Shown in pieces: positions 52,851-62,700 of a stretch of 64,000 bases of DNA. The stretch spans positions 346 to 64,345 of the forward strand of contig QEVT01000002.1 in assembly GCA_003576755.1 (NCBI GenBank), read 5' to 3'. Every line of letters begins with the position of its first letter. The first letter of the stretch is position 1. Source of the DNA: a bacterium. GTDB taxonomy: Bacteria > Chloroflexota > Anaerolineae > Epilineales > Epilineaceae. The notes below the pieces were generated by a model. The model was not told the DNA's origin, ran no database searches, and was given only the letters and a program-made list of their open reading frames with translations. The translations under genes were made by a program, and so were the position numbers.

Positions 52851-54407
52851 ATGGACGCGGCAGCCAAGCAAGCGGGGTCGGAATTGTTGCCAAGCGTGAC
52901 CGTTTCGCGCATTGCCCGCCCGGCAGCCGTGCTCCTGCTGGTCGTCGCCTTTGCCTTGCGCGTTGGTCGCCTGGAGGCCGAGAGTTTCTGGCGCGACGAG
53001 ATCGACTCCGCTTGGTACGCACAGCAAAGCCTGAACTGGGCCCTGGCGAACTTTGGGCGCCCGGGCTGGAACGGCGCCTTGTACCATCTGGGTCTGCAAG
53101 CGTGGGCGGCGTACGTGGGATTCAGCCCGTTCACGCTACGCTTTTCGTCGGTGATCGCCGGCATGCTGCTCGTTGCGCTCATCACTGCACTTGGCCGTGT
53201 TTGGTTTGGTCGTAGGGCAGGACTCATCGCTGGCGGCACAGCGGCGGTATCGCCGTATCTGGTCTGGTACTCACAAGAGTTAAAGATGTATGCGTGGTTG
53301 GCATGCCTGGCAGCCGCGTCGATACTAGCGCTTGACTATGCCATGCGCCGGGACGACGTGCGGTTCTGGATTGCTTTCACGGCTTCAGTCGTAGCGACCA
53401 CGTTGATCCACGTCATGGGGTTCCTCATGTTCCCCGTATGGATCGGCATGATCGTATCGTGCCGCGGACGCGGTGTCGTCGCACGGCGCTTGTTCGCGAT
53501 CGTCGTGCTCGCCAGCGTGTCGATGGCATTCGCATCGTTCTGGCCGGTGCGCTTGTTTCTAGAGGGAACCGGTATCCCTCTCTCGCATGATCGCTTTTCG
53601 CAATTGGTCATGTCGACCATCGTCTTTTTTGGGCTGAATGGCGCGGCGACCACTGGCATCACTGGCGTCGCTCTGATTGTGTTTCTGTTAGTTGCTTCGG
53701 TTGTTATCAGACCGCCCCCGGCGACGGTGGCTCGCCAGTCGTCTCTCCTCTGCACGCACCGTAGCACCTTGCTTGCATGGATAAGTCTCCTCGGCCCTAT
53801 TGTCGGCTTCGGTATTGTGGGTTGGCGCGTTCCGTTGTTTGCCGATCGCTACGTCATGGTGGCCACGCCGGCATTCGTCCTTTGCCTAGCCCTCGGCCTG
53901 ACATCGCTGCGGCGATTCGGTCGAGGCCCGTTTCTGACATCCACTGCTCTGCTGCTGCTCGTTATGGGGACCGAGACGAGTGTGGACTTGGTCGGTGTCA
54001 CCAAGATGGACTATCGGGGCGCAGCAGCGATCCTGAACAGCTCGGGCTCGCCCGGCTCGACGCTAATTATGATCAGTGGACACTCCCAGCGAGCCATGCG
54101 ATTCTACGGCGTCACGGCGCTGCGTGAGATCCCGTGGCCCTATCCCGCTGTTGTTACGGATTCAGAGGTGGAACGGATCCTGCAGGATTCAGGGGCGTTA
54201 ACGAGCCGCGTATGGCTTCTCGAAAGCGATCTCATCTGGGCGGATCCAACAAGGCGCGTGAAGGCATGGCTCGATGCCCGATGTAGCGAACCGCAGCGCG
54301 CTTTTCACCTTCGTCAACTTGACCTCTACGACTACCGGTGCCCGATTCCGATCCGCCGGCCCCGAGAATTGGCCGTGCAGCCGACACGACAGGCAGCCGA
54401 TCCATAG
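52851..54407 (+). CDS. Polytopic membrane glycosyltransferase, GT39/GT83 (PMT_2/ArnT-like)
   Basis: Multiple TM helices. The N-terminal loop ESFWRDEIDSAW...LYHLGLQAW..., then VSPYLVWYSQELKMYAW, are typical of ArnT/PMT-type lipid-linked-sugar transferases. The C-terminal domain is soluble. Confidence 0.7.
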   Translation: MDAAAKQAGSELLPSVTVSRIARPAAVLLLVVAFALRVGRLEAESFWRDEIDSAWYAQQSLNWALANFGRPGWNGALYHLGLQAWAAYVGFSPFTLRFSSVIAGMLLVALITALGRVWFGRRAGLIAGGTAAVSPYLVWYSQELKMYAWLACLAAASILALDYAMRRDDVRFWIAFTASVVATTLIHVMGFLMFPVWIGMIVSCRGRGVVARRLFAIVVLASVSMAFASFWPVRLFLEGTGIPLSHDRFSQLVMSTIVFFGLNGAATTGITGVALIVFLLVASVVIRPPPATVARQSSLLCTHRSTLLAWISLLGPIVGFGIVGWRVPLFADRYVMVATPAFVLCLALGLTSLRRFGRGPFLTSTALLLLVMGTETSVDLVGVTKMDYRGAAAILNSSGSPGSTLIMISGHSQRAMRFYGVTALREIPWPYPAVVTDSEVERILQDSGALTSRVWLLESDLIWADPTRRVKAWLDARCSEPQRAFHLRQLDLYDYRCPIPIRRPRELAVQPTRQAADP

Positions 54408-55032
54408 CTTCTCAAGGCTCGACGGCGATGGGGCGACGAAGTCACGATGCGCCGACCGCTTTCGCGACGTCACCGCTCGCGGAACAGACGACACTTAGGT
54501 CGGTTGAACGCTCCAGGCCGAGGTCGAGATCACTGACCACCGTCGGTCGGTTCAAGTAGCCACACCTGAGCGAGACGAAACAGCCCGGTGTGGCATCCAC
54601 CGCCCGCATGGCACCTTTCCGCCCCGCCGGACGATCATCCAGCGTGCGGCAGCCATGCGGCCCACGGCCGCTGTCGCGCCGCGTCCCGCCCGCACCCGCT
54701 TTGGGCGAGGCCGTCCGCGTCGGTGGACCTCGATCCCACCGATGGCCCAGGAGAAGGCCCGACATGCAGGCTCGCCTGAGCCATCGAGACCATCTCGGCG
54801 CTGCGCACGCCGACAGCGTCGGCGTCTCTGTGCCCGAGGGCTGTCGGCACGCCGGCTGCGGCGGCCGGCATCGACCGCGGGCCGGTGCCGCCCGGCGTCA
54901 AGGCGCTCGCCGCAGGGCTGCACCGACTCGGCGTCGGCGTTTGTCAACGGAGGTTGCCGAAGCGGCCAAGAACGGCGGCAATCGAACCGGGGCGGACGGC
55001 TCGGCTCGGCCGTCACACCCGTTGCGTGGACG

Positions 55033-56397
55033 CTATGGCGGGCGCTCCAGCCACGGCAAGGTAAGCGGGCCCGCCCCCGGCGCCCGGCCGTCGACCAGAA
55101 CAATGGCGAAGGCAGCGCCGCGGCCGTCGGGCGCGGTGGCGCGGATGGTGTAGCTCAGGGGGTTTGCCGGCAACGGCGCCCCGGCGGGCCGGCCAAAGGT
55201 GACCGTCCCCCGAAAGGCCGTGCCGGGAGTCAGCTCGGGCGTCGTGTCGGCACTCAAGGCGGCGGGCCAGGTGCCCGACGAGACCATCAACCCGAAGCGC
55301 GCGGCAGCCCGGCCGGTGTTCGTCACGGTGAATGGCGCCTCCGCGGTGCCGCCGGCCGGGACGAGGACGCTGCTCTTCGCCGGCAGCAGCGAGAGGCCGG
55401 GGTCGACCCGTGCGGCCGCCACCTCACCGTCGTACGGGCTGGGCCCCCAGACCCATTCCGTCCACCGGGCGTCGCCACGAAGGTAGAGCTCGAAGAAAGC
55501 CGTCAGCAGGCGCCGGGTGCGGGGCAACTGGCCCTCATCGCGCCCGCCATCACAGACAAGGGGGAATGGGTCGTCCTGGAAGCCGCAGTGGGTGCCACCG
55601 CCCAGCTCGAGGAGCTGGCGCGGCGGCCCCGCGGCCTCGTACAGCGCGGCCGTGCTGGCCGGCGGTACGATCCGGTCCGCCTGGCCGACGATGAAAGCCA
55701 GCGGCGCATCGACCCGCGGCAGCACCGCCGCAGCGGATGGTCGCGTCTCGGCCGCGGCCAGGCTGACCACGGCACGGATCGTCGCCGCCTCGGCGGCCGC
55801 CAGGAGGCTCGCCCCGCCGCCCATGGAGTGGCCCGAGGCGCCCAGCGCCGCCGGGTCCACCAGGCCGGTCCACCAGGCGTCAGGCTCCGACGACCTGGCC
55901 ACCAGCCAGTCGAGGCTCTGGTAGAGGTCGGCGGCGAAGGCGGCATGGTCCGGCGTCAGGCCGGCGTGCGACGCCGGTGCGATGGTCACGTAGCCCCAAC
56001 TCGCCAGGTGGCGCAGCGTGCCCTGGTAGCGCTCCGGCGCCTGGAAGAAGCCGTGGCCAAAGGCGACCGCGGGGTAGGGCGCGCCCGCCGCATCGGGTGC
56101 CGCGCCCTCGGTGGCCGTTCGGGCGGGATAGGTCAGCAGGGCCGCGAAGGTGCCGCCGTCGGGATCGGTCACCGAGACCGTCCGCCAGCCTGCGGCATGG
56201 GGTCCCGGGTCGCCCGGATCCACCCCGCCGCCGGGGATCGCCACCGCGCGGGCTGACGGTGGCACCGCGAGGGGCGAGACGGGCCCCCGCGGCAGCCCCA
56301 CCCGCATGGCGACCGCGCCAGCCAGCGCCACACCCGCCAAGAGCACCCACTGCCCACGGCCGGCAGACGACACCCGTGGCCCGACCACGGCCGGCAT
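55033..56397 (-). CDS. Secreted alpha/beta hydrolase (dienelactone-hydrolase/chlorophyllase/PAF-acetylhydrolase-like) with a C-terminal beta-sandwich domain
   Basis: A signal-like N-terminus follows the internal ATG at 56397 (QWVLLAGVALAGAVAM). YPAVAFGHGFFQAPERYQGTLRHLASWGYVTIAP is followed by the nucleophile elbow GASGHSMGGG. The start is uncertain; 56463 is the alternative. Confidence 0.65.
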   Translation of the reverse strand: MPAVVGPRVSSAGRGQWVLLAGVALAGAVAMRVGLPRGPVSPLAVPPSARAVAIPGGGVDPGDPGPHAAGWRTVSVTDPDGGTFAALLTYPARTATEGAAPDAAGAPYPAVAFGHGFFQAPERYQGTLRHLASWGYVTIAPASHAGLTPDHAAFAADLYQSLDWLVARSSEPDAWWTGLVDPAALGASGHSMGGGASLLAAAEAATIRAVVSLAAAETRPSAAAVLPRVDAPLAFIVGQADRIVPPASTAALYEAAGPPRQLLELGGGTHCGFQDDPFPLVCDGGRDEGQLPRTRRLLTAFFELYLRGDARWTEWVWGPSPYDGEVAAARVDPGLSLLPAKSSVLVPAGGTAEAPFTVTNTGRAAARFGLMVSSGTWPAALSADTTPELTPGTAFRGTVTFGRPAGAPLPANPLSYTIRATAPDGRGAAFAIVLVDGRAPGAGPLTLPWLERPP

Positions 56398-56679
56398 CTC
56401 CAAGCTCCGGTTCCGGCGGCGGGGACCGCGATTCCATCGCCATGGGCTCACACCTTCTAGCATAAGGGCTGCCCGACGCCGTGCCAAGTAACGGGCTGCA
56501 TCGCCGCGGCCCGGCAGCGCCGGATGCCGCCAGGGGCCGACGGTCCGTGTGACGCAACGGCAGCAGGGCGACGAGGCGGACCCGGCAGCGCGGCGATCCG
56601 CGCCGGTTGTCCGACAGCGCCCGGATGGAGGGTTACTCCCGGTGAATCGGTCCGCTCCCACCCAAGGGACAACGCCAGG

Positions 56680-57270
56680 CACGCCCACCTCGCCCGTTCA
56701 ACCATCACCCTGGCGGCGCTCGGCACCCTGGCGGCCTCGGCCATGCTCGCCGTGGTGGCCGCGGCTCCCGCCTTCGACCCGGCCGACACCGGCAATCCGG
56801 AGAGCCCGCGCCAGGCCCCGACGCAGCTCGGCGGCGAGCTGGCGGCCACCTGGCCCGCCACGAAACAGGCCTGGCCCTTCGAACCGCTCGACATCGGGCT
56901 GGATGCGGACGGACGGCTGTACGTGGCGGACGGCGCCAGCGGGAAGGTGCTGATCTATGGCCGCGATGGGCGCCTGAGCGCGCTCATGGACGGCGACACG
57001 CCCGACGGGTTCCTCGGCGCGCGCGGGTACCGCGTGTCGGTGGTCACCTTCGCCGCACTGGCGAGCCTGGCGAGCCCGCCCGACGCCGGCACCGAGCCGG
57101 CCACCCTGGACGAGGCCAGGCGCCTGCGGGAAACCGGGACGCCGATCTTCACCGTGGCGGTGGGGCTCGATGCCGACCGGCAACTCCTCATCCGCATCGC
57201 CGGGCTGCCGGAGCGCAGCTTCGCGGTCGGCACCGGCGCACCCAGCGCATCGGTCAATAGCGCCAACCGA
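56680..57270 (+). pseudogene. Possible gene remnant: signal-like segment + NHL-like blade + C-terminal half of a VWA-like domain, no usable start codon
   Basis: LAALGTLAASAMLAVVAAAP...LDIGLDADGRLYVADGASGKVLIYGRDG...LDEARRLRETGTPIFTVAVGLDADRQLLIRIAG. The frame has no start near the signal-like part. It runs about 280 nt antisense into the convergent serine-hydrolase gene. Confidence 0.25.
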
Positions 57271-59242
57271 GCAGGTTCCAGTGGTGCAGGAACCAGACGA
57301 ACGCGGTCGCCGCGACCGCGGTCAGCGTGTAGTGGGCGCGGAAGGCGGTGCCCCAGTAGCCGGCCTTCCAGGCCCGCGCCGTGTAGGCCCAGGCGGCGGC
57401 CGTCAGGGCGGCGGACACGACGCCCAGCGCCAGCACGACCCGAAACTCGGTGGCGATGCCCATGGACGGCGTCGGGTTGTTCCATCGCATCGCACCGGCC
57501 ACGAACAACACGTTCAAGGTGCAGATGCCCAAGATGATCCGCTCGGCGTGACGGGCGTCCCGCGGCGAGGGGTCCCGCTCGCAGCCCGGTCGGCGGCTGC
57601 GAACCGCGTGGATCGCCAGCACGAGGACCATCGACAGGAACACGACGAGGCAGCCCGCCAACAGCGCCATGTGGAAGGCGGGAGTCTCGTACCCACGCAG
57701 CTTCTCGAACGCGAACTGGGGCGTGTAATCGGTGAAGAGGTAGGTGATCCGGCCGCGGTCGTCGCCGCGAAAGGCGAGATAGAATGGGGCATCGACCTGG
57801 CGGAACAGGAGTGGCCCGACTTCGACGAAGTGCCAGTCGCCCCAAGGCGACGTCATGGCGAGCGTGCCGTCGCCCGGATCGTCGAACGCGATGGTGTCCA
57901 TCCCGAAGAAGCCCCTGAACTTCTCGAGGGTGGTGTAAGCCGTCCGGGTCATTCGATAGGTGCCCGTGAACCGACCGGCGCGCTCGGAGAAATCGGCACG
58001 TGGCCGGACAGGCTCAACTGTCGACACAGGATAGTAGTGATCGAAGAACGCCCTCTGAAACCCGAGATGCTGGTTGATCAACGCCTCGGCCCCCAGGGTG
58101 TTGTAGGCCACGAACACGCCCAACTCCTCATCGGGCAAGAGCAGCAACAACGAGTGCATCGGTTCCGCCGTGCCACTGTGCCCGATCGTCCGCTGACCGT
58201 TGTCGCTGAAGTCGAAGAACCCGTGGGCGGTGCCCAAGATGCGTGGGTCGGAGGTGAAGAGCGTGCCATGCATCTGGCGTGTCGTGGGCTCGCGCAGGAT
58301 GCGCGCCGCACGGATGTCGGCATCGCTGTAGCGACCATCCTGCAGGTGCGCGATCATGAAGCGGGCCATGTCCGTGGCGCTGGCGCCCATGAAGCCGATC
58401 GGCGCGAGGTCCAGGGGACCGTACAGCCGCGGGAAGACCTCCAATGTCCCGTCTTGAAACACGTACCCGATGGACTCGAGCGCACCGCTCGCCGGGGGCA
58501 GGACGCCGATGACCGAGGTGTGCGACATGCCCAACGGGTCGAGGATGTTGGCCTGGATGTACGCATCGTACGATTGACCCGAAACCCGCGCCACGATGTA
58601 ACCCGCCAGCGCCGCGCCGTAGTTCGAATAGGCCGGAACCTCGCCCGGGGGGCGCACCCGTGCCGGGATATGGGTCGCGAGAAAGGCACCCGGGGGCAGC
58701 GGGTCCGGGGGAGCCAGCGACACGAAGTCGAGGTACAGGTCTTCGAAGCCGGCCGTATGGGCGAGGAGGTGCCCCAGGGTGATCGGCTGCGGGTACGTGT
58801 GCGGGATCTGGAAGTCGATGTACGTGTTGACGTCCGCGTTCAGATCCAGCTTGCCGCGCTCGACGAGCTGCATCACCGCCGTCCAGGCCAAGAGCTTACC
58901 GGTCGACCCGATACGAAAGACCGTCCGCTCGGGATCGACAGGGAGACCGATCGCCATGTCGGCCTGGCCGTAGCCCTTGGCAACGAACAGCTTCCCGTCC
59001 TTGACCACGGCGACAGCCGCCCCGGCGATGTGGTGCTCGGCCATCTGGCTGGCCATCAGCTCGTCGAGGAAGGCCTCCATTTCGGCCGGGTCACTCGGCC
59101 CCAGTCCTTCTGCCGGGGCGACAAGCGACGGGCCACCCCGGCCGTCGCGGTCAAACGCTGCGCCGGCGGGGAAGGCGACCGGCAAGGACCACGACGACGC
59201 CAACACGACCGCTACCCCGCACGCGGCGGCCTTGCCGATCAT
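57254..59242 (-). CDS. Beta-lactamase-fold serine hydrolase (class C / DD-peptidase-like) with a C-terminal multi-TM domain
   Basis: Signal-like start MIGKAAACGVAVVLASS. The S-x-x-K motif is FRIGSTGKLLAW and the Y-x-N motif is YSNYGAALAGYIV. Four hydrophobic helices occupy the last ~150 aa. Confidence 0.8.
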   Translation of the reverse strand: MIGKAAACGVAVVLASSWSLPVAFPAGAAFDRDGRGGPSLVAPAEGLGPSDPAEMEAFLDELMASQMAEHHIAGAAVAVVKDGKLFVAKGYGQADMAIGLPVDPERTVFRIGSTGKLLAWTAVMQLVERGKLDLNADVNTYIDFQIPHTYPQPITLGHLLAHTAGFEDLYLDFVSLAPPDPLPPGAFLATHIPARVRPPGEVPAYSNYGAALAGYIVARVSGQSYDAYIQANILDPLGMSHTSVIGVLPPASGALESIGYVFQDGTLEVFPRLYGPLDLAPIGFMGASATDMARFMIAHLQDGRYSDADIRAARILREPTTRQMHGTLFTSDPRILGTAHGFFDFSDNGQRTIGHSGTAEPMHSLLLLLPDEELGVFVAYNTLGAEALINQHLGFQRAFFDHYYPVSTVEPVRPRADFSERAGRFTGTYRMTRTAYTTLEKFRGFFGMDTIAFDDPGDGTLAMTSPWGDWHFVEVGPLLFRQVDAPFYLAFRGDDRGRITYLFTDYTPQFAFEKLRGYETPAFHMALLAGCLVVFLSMVLVLAIHAVRSRRPGCERDPSPRDARHAERIILGICTLNVLFVAGAMRWNNPTPSMGIATEFRVVLALGVVSAALTAAAWAYTARAWKAGYWGTAFRAHYTLTAVAATAFVWFLHHWNLLGWRY

Positions 59243-59723
59243 GCGGCCGGTTCTTCCTGGGCGCCAGCGGCACGCCGGAGCCGGCCGATAGCGACCCAAA
59301 GGTCCATCCAAGGTCCCCCAATCGCGCGTCGGTCGTGTGACGGGGATGGACGATCGCTGCTCCATCAATGAAATAGTATACCACCATCCCGGGCTTCTGC
59401 CTTCCACCGAACTCAGGGCGGTTCACCTTTCTGGAACGCTTCCGAGCACCGTCCCTGCGCCATCTCCTCGGCCACCCCATTCATCCGGCGACCGCCCGAG
59501 CCGGTCGGCATCTCGATCTGATCGCGGCAACCGACCGTTCGCGGCGCCAACGCGACCCGGCCGCCGTGGAACCTCGCGCGAATGCCCGGCCGTCGGCTTC
59601 AGAGAGGGTGACGCCTAGGGGGTGACAAACGCGTTAAGCCGCGCTATAATGGGTGTTCAGGGCAGGTTGCATTCAGGATCCGGGGCGCTGTCGGCCGCGC
59701 CCGGACCCCAAAGGAGGACGCCC

Positions 59724-62700
59724 GTGTCACGACCCCTCAACCGAAGCCGGTGGACCGCCGTCGCGCTCGCCGCGTCGTTGTGTGGACTGACGGCCGCACA
59801 CGGTGCGCCGGCGCCCGATGCCCCGGTCGAACCTGCCCGCTACCGAGGAACCGTCACCTACTACGGCGCGCCCGCTCCGGCGGGCATGCTGGTCAGCGCC
59901 CACCTCGGCACCCAGGTGCTGGCCACCACGACCGTGGTGATCGCCGACGGCGTGGCCACCTACGACATCCTGGTGCCCGGCGACGACCCGTCCACGCCCG
60001 GCCGAGAGGGCCCCGAGGAGAACGAGTTCTTCGTCTTCAAGGTCAACGGCGTCACCACCGACCAGACCGAGAACTTCAACGCCGGCGAGGACCGCACGAT
60101 CAACCTCGCCGTCACCCGCATCGAGATCTGCCTCGGCGCCTACGAGGACCTCGACCAGGACGGCGCCCGCGACCCCGGCGAGCCGTTGATCAGCGGCGTC
60201 CAGATCAACGTCGTCCAGTTCTTCATCGTGCGCACCTACACCACCAACGGCATCAGCGAGCCGAGCTGCGGCCAGCACCTGCCGGTCAACTCGCTGGTGC
60301 GGGTGGTGGACTACCCGGTCGAGTACGACCCGCTGTCCAACGACGCCCAGACCGGCTACCAGATCACGCAGACCCAAGGCGTGTTCTTCGTGATGTTCCC
60401 GTTCGTGCGCGCCGTGCCGCCGACCGGCACCGTCTCGCCGACGACGCTGCCGGCATCGCCGACGCCGACCCCGGCGTCGTTCCCGGGCCCGACCGGCCAG
60501 ACGCCGCTGCCGACCGCCACCCCGAGCCGGACCCCGACGCCTTCCGCCACGCGCACGTCCACGCCGTCGCCGTCGCCGACCGCGTCCGCGACCCCCACGC
60601 CGTCCGACACGCCCACCGCCAGCCCGACCGCCACGGCCACGCCGCCGCCGACGCCGACCGTGGCGGCCACACCGACGACGAGCGGGGGCACGCCCACCGT
60701 CGGCCCGAGCGGCACCGCGACGGCCACCGTCACCGCCACCGCCACGGCGTCGCCGAGCGCGACGCGCACCGGCACCGCGACGGCCTCGGCGACGACCACC
60801 TCCAGCACCCCGACCGTGGCGGCGTCGCCCACCCGGTCGCCGACCGTGTCGCGCACGCCCACGCGCACCGCCACGCCGACGGCCACCGAGACCGTGCTGC
60901 CGACCGAGACCGCGACGCCGTCGCTCGAGACCGGCGCGGCCATCGTCGTCAACAGCGCCGCCGACCCCGGCAACGTGGGCGACGGGCGGCTCACGCTGCG
61001 CGAGGCCATCCGGCTGGCCGTCGGCGACCTCCCCCCGGCCGCCCTGAGCGCGGCCGAACGCGCCCAGGTCACCGGCACGCCCGGCGCCAACGTCGCCGAC
61101 GCCATCCGGTTCGACGCCGCCGTGTTCCCCGCCGGCAACCCGGCGACGATCTTCATCCAGCCGCCCGCGGCGAGCCCGTCCGCCGGCGCCACGCCGACGC
61201 AGGACGCGCTCCAGGTCCGGCACGTCTCGCGGCCGAGCATGCCGCCGCTGTCGACCGGCGGCGACACCATCGACGGCGTCGGGCGCGGCGTGGTCCTGGC
61301 CGCCGGCATCGGCGGCGACGTGTTCGACGGGCTCGTCATCACGTCCGACGAGAACACCGTGAAGGGCGTGACGATGCACAGCTTCAACGCCGCGCTGGTG
61401 GTCACCGGCAAGGCGCGGAGCAACACCATCGGCGGCCGCCGCAACGGCGAGGGCGTGACGCTCGTGCGCAACATCATCGGCATCGCGCTCAGCGGGCGCG
61501 GGGTGACCCAGACGTACGTCCTCGGCAGCCGCATCGGCGTCGACGGCAACGAGACCCCCGGGCAGGGCAACGCCACGCACGGCGTCATCATCACCGACGG
61601 CGCGCACGCCAACCGCATCGGCGACATCACCACGGCCAGCCCCGAGAGCGGCGCCCCGGGCAACGTGATCGGCGGCAACAGCCTCGACGGCATCGCGGTC
61701 ATGGGCGCCGGCACCGACGACAACGAGATCTACCAGAACCTCATCGGGACCAACTCGGCCGGCACGGCCGCCATCGCCAACGGCCAGGGCATCGTCGTCG
61801 GCGGCGGCCCGATGGGCACGGTCATCGGCGGGCTGACCGGCGGCAACCTGATCAGCGGCAACGTCGGCGAGGGGATCTGGATCCAGTCGCCCGCCACGCA
61901 GAACACGGTCGTCCAGGGCAACACCATCGGCGCGGCCGCCTCGCGGGTCGACCCGCTGCCCAACGGCAGCGACGGCATCCTGATCGACGACGGCGCGCAC
62001 GACAACCTCATCGGCGGCAGCGTCGCCGCCGCCGGCAACCGGATCGCGTTCAACGACAACGCCGGCATCCGTGTGGTCGGGCGCGCCACCCTGCGCAACA
62101 CCATCAGCCACAACAGCATCGCCGGCAACGCCGGTCCGGGCATCGCGCTCGACGAAGGCGGCAACGCCGGCCTCGCCGCGCCCATCATCACGCGGATCAC
62201 GGCCGGAACGGTCGAGGGCATCGCCCCGCCCAACAGCCTGGTCGAGGTGTTCTCGGACAACGACAACGAGGGCAACACGTTCGAGGGCAGCGCCTTTGCC
62301 GACGCCAACGGCTTCTTCTTCTACCAGAAGCCGACGGCGCTCAACGGGCCGCGGCAGACCGCCACGGCCACCGACAGCCAGGGCAACACGAGCCCGTTCG
62401 GCGTCGAGGGCGTCGCGCCGCCCACCCGGACGCCCGGGCCCAGCCCGACGCCGCGCGGCGCCATCGGGCCGCAGTTCTTCCCGATCGCCCTGCGCAACCA
62501 ACCGCTGTTCACGCTCCTGGTCCTCGACCCCGCGCTGGCGACGCTCCCGGTCGGGGGCGTGCAGACCATCGAGATCCGCCTCAGCGACGTCACCGACCTG
62601 TACGGCGGCGACATCCTCGTCAAGTACGACCCCCGGATCGTCGACGTGCTCGACGACGACCCCGTCGCCGCCGGGATCCAGATCGCGCGCGGCGAGTTCC

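Noticed and set aside
54408-55032. A ~620-nt stretch between the GT39-like gene and the alpha/beta hydrolase contains several overlapping ORFs (54442-54765, 54552-55103 and 54590-55153).
   Set aside because: All translations are Arg/Pro/Gly-rich with no motifs and they mutually overlap. I saw no RNA gene signature. I treat it as non-coding or degraded sequence.
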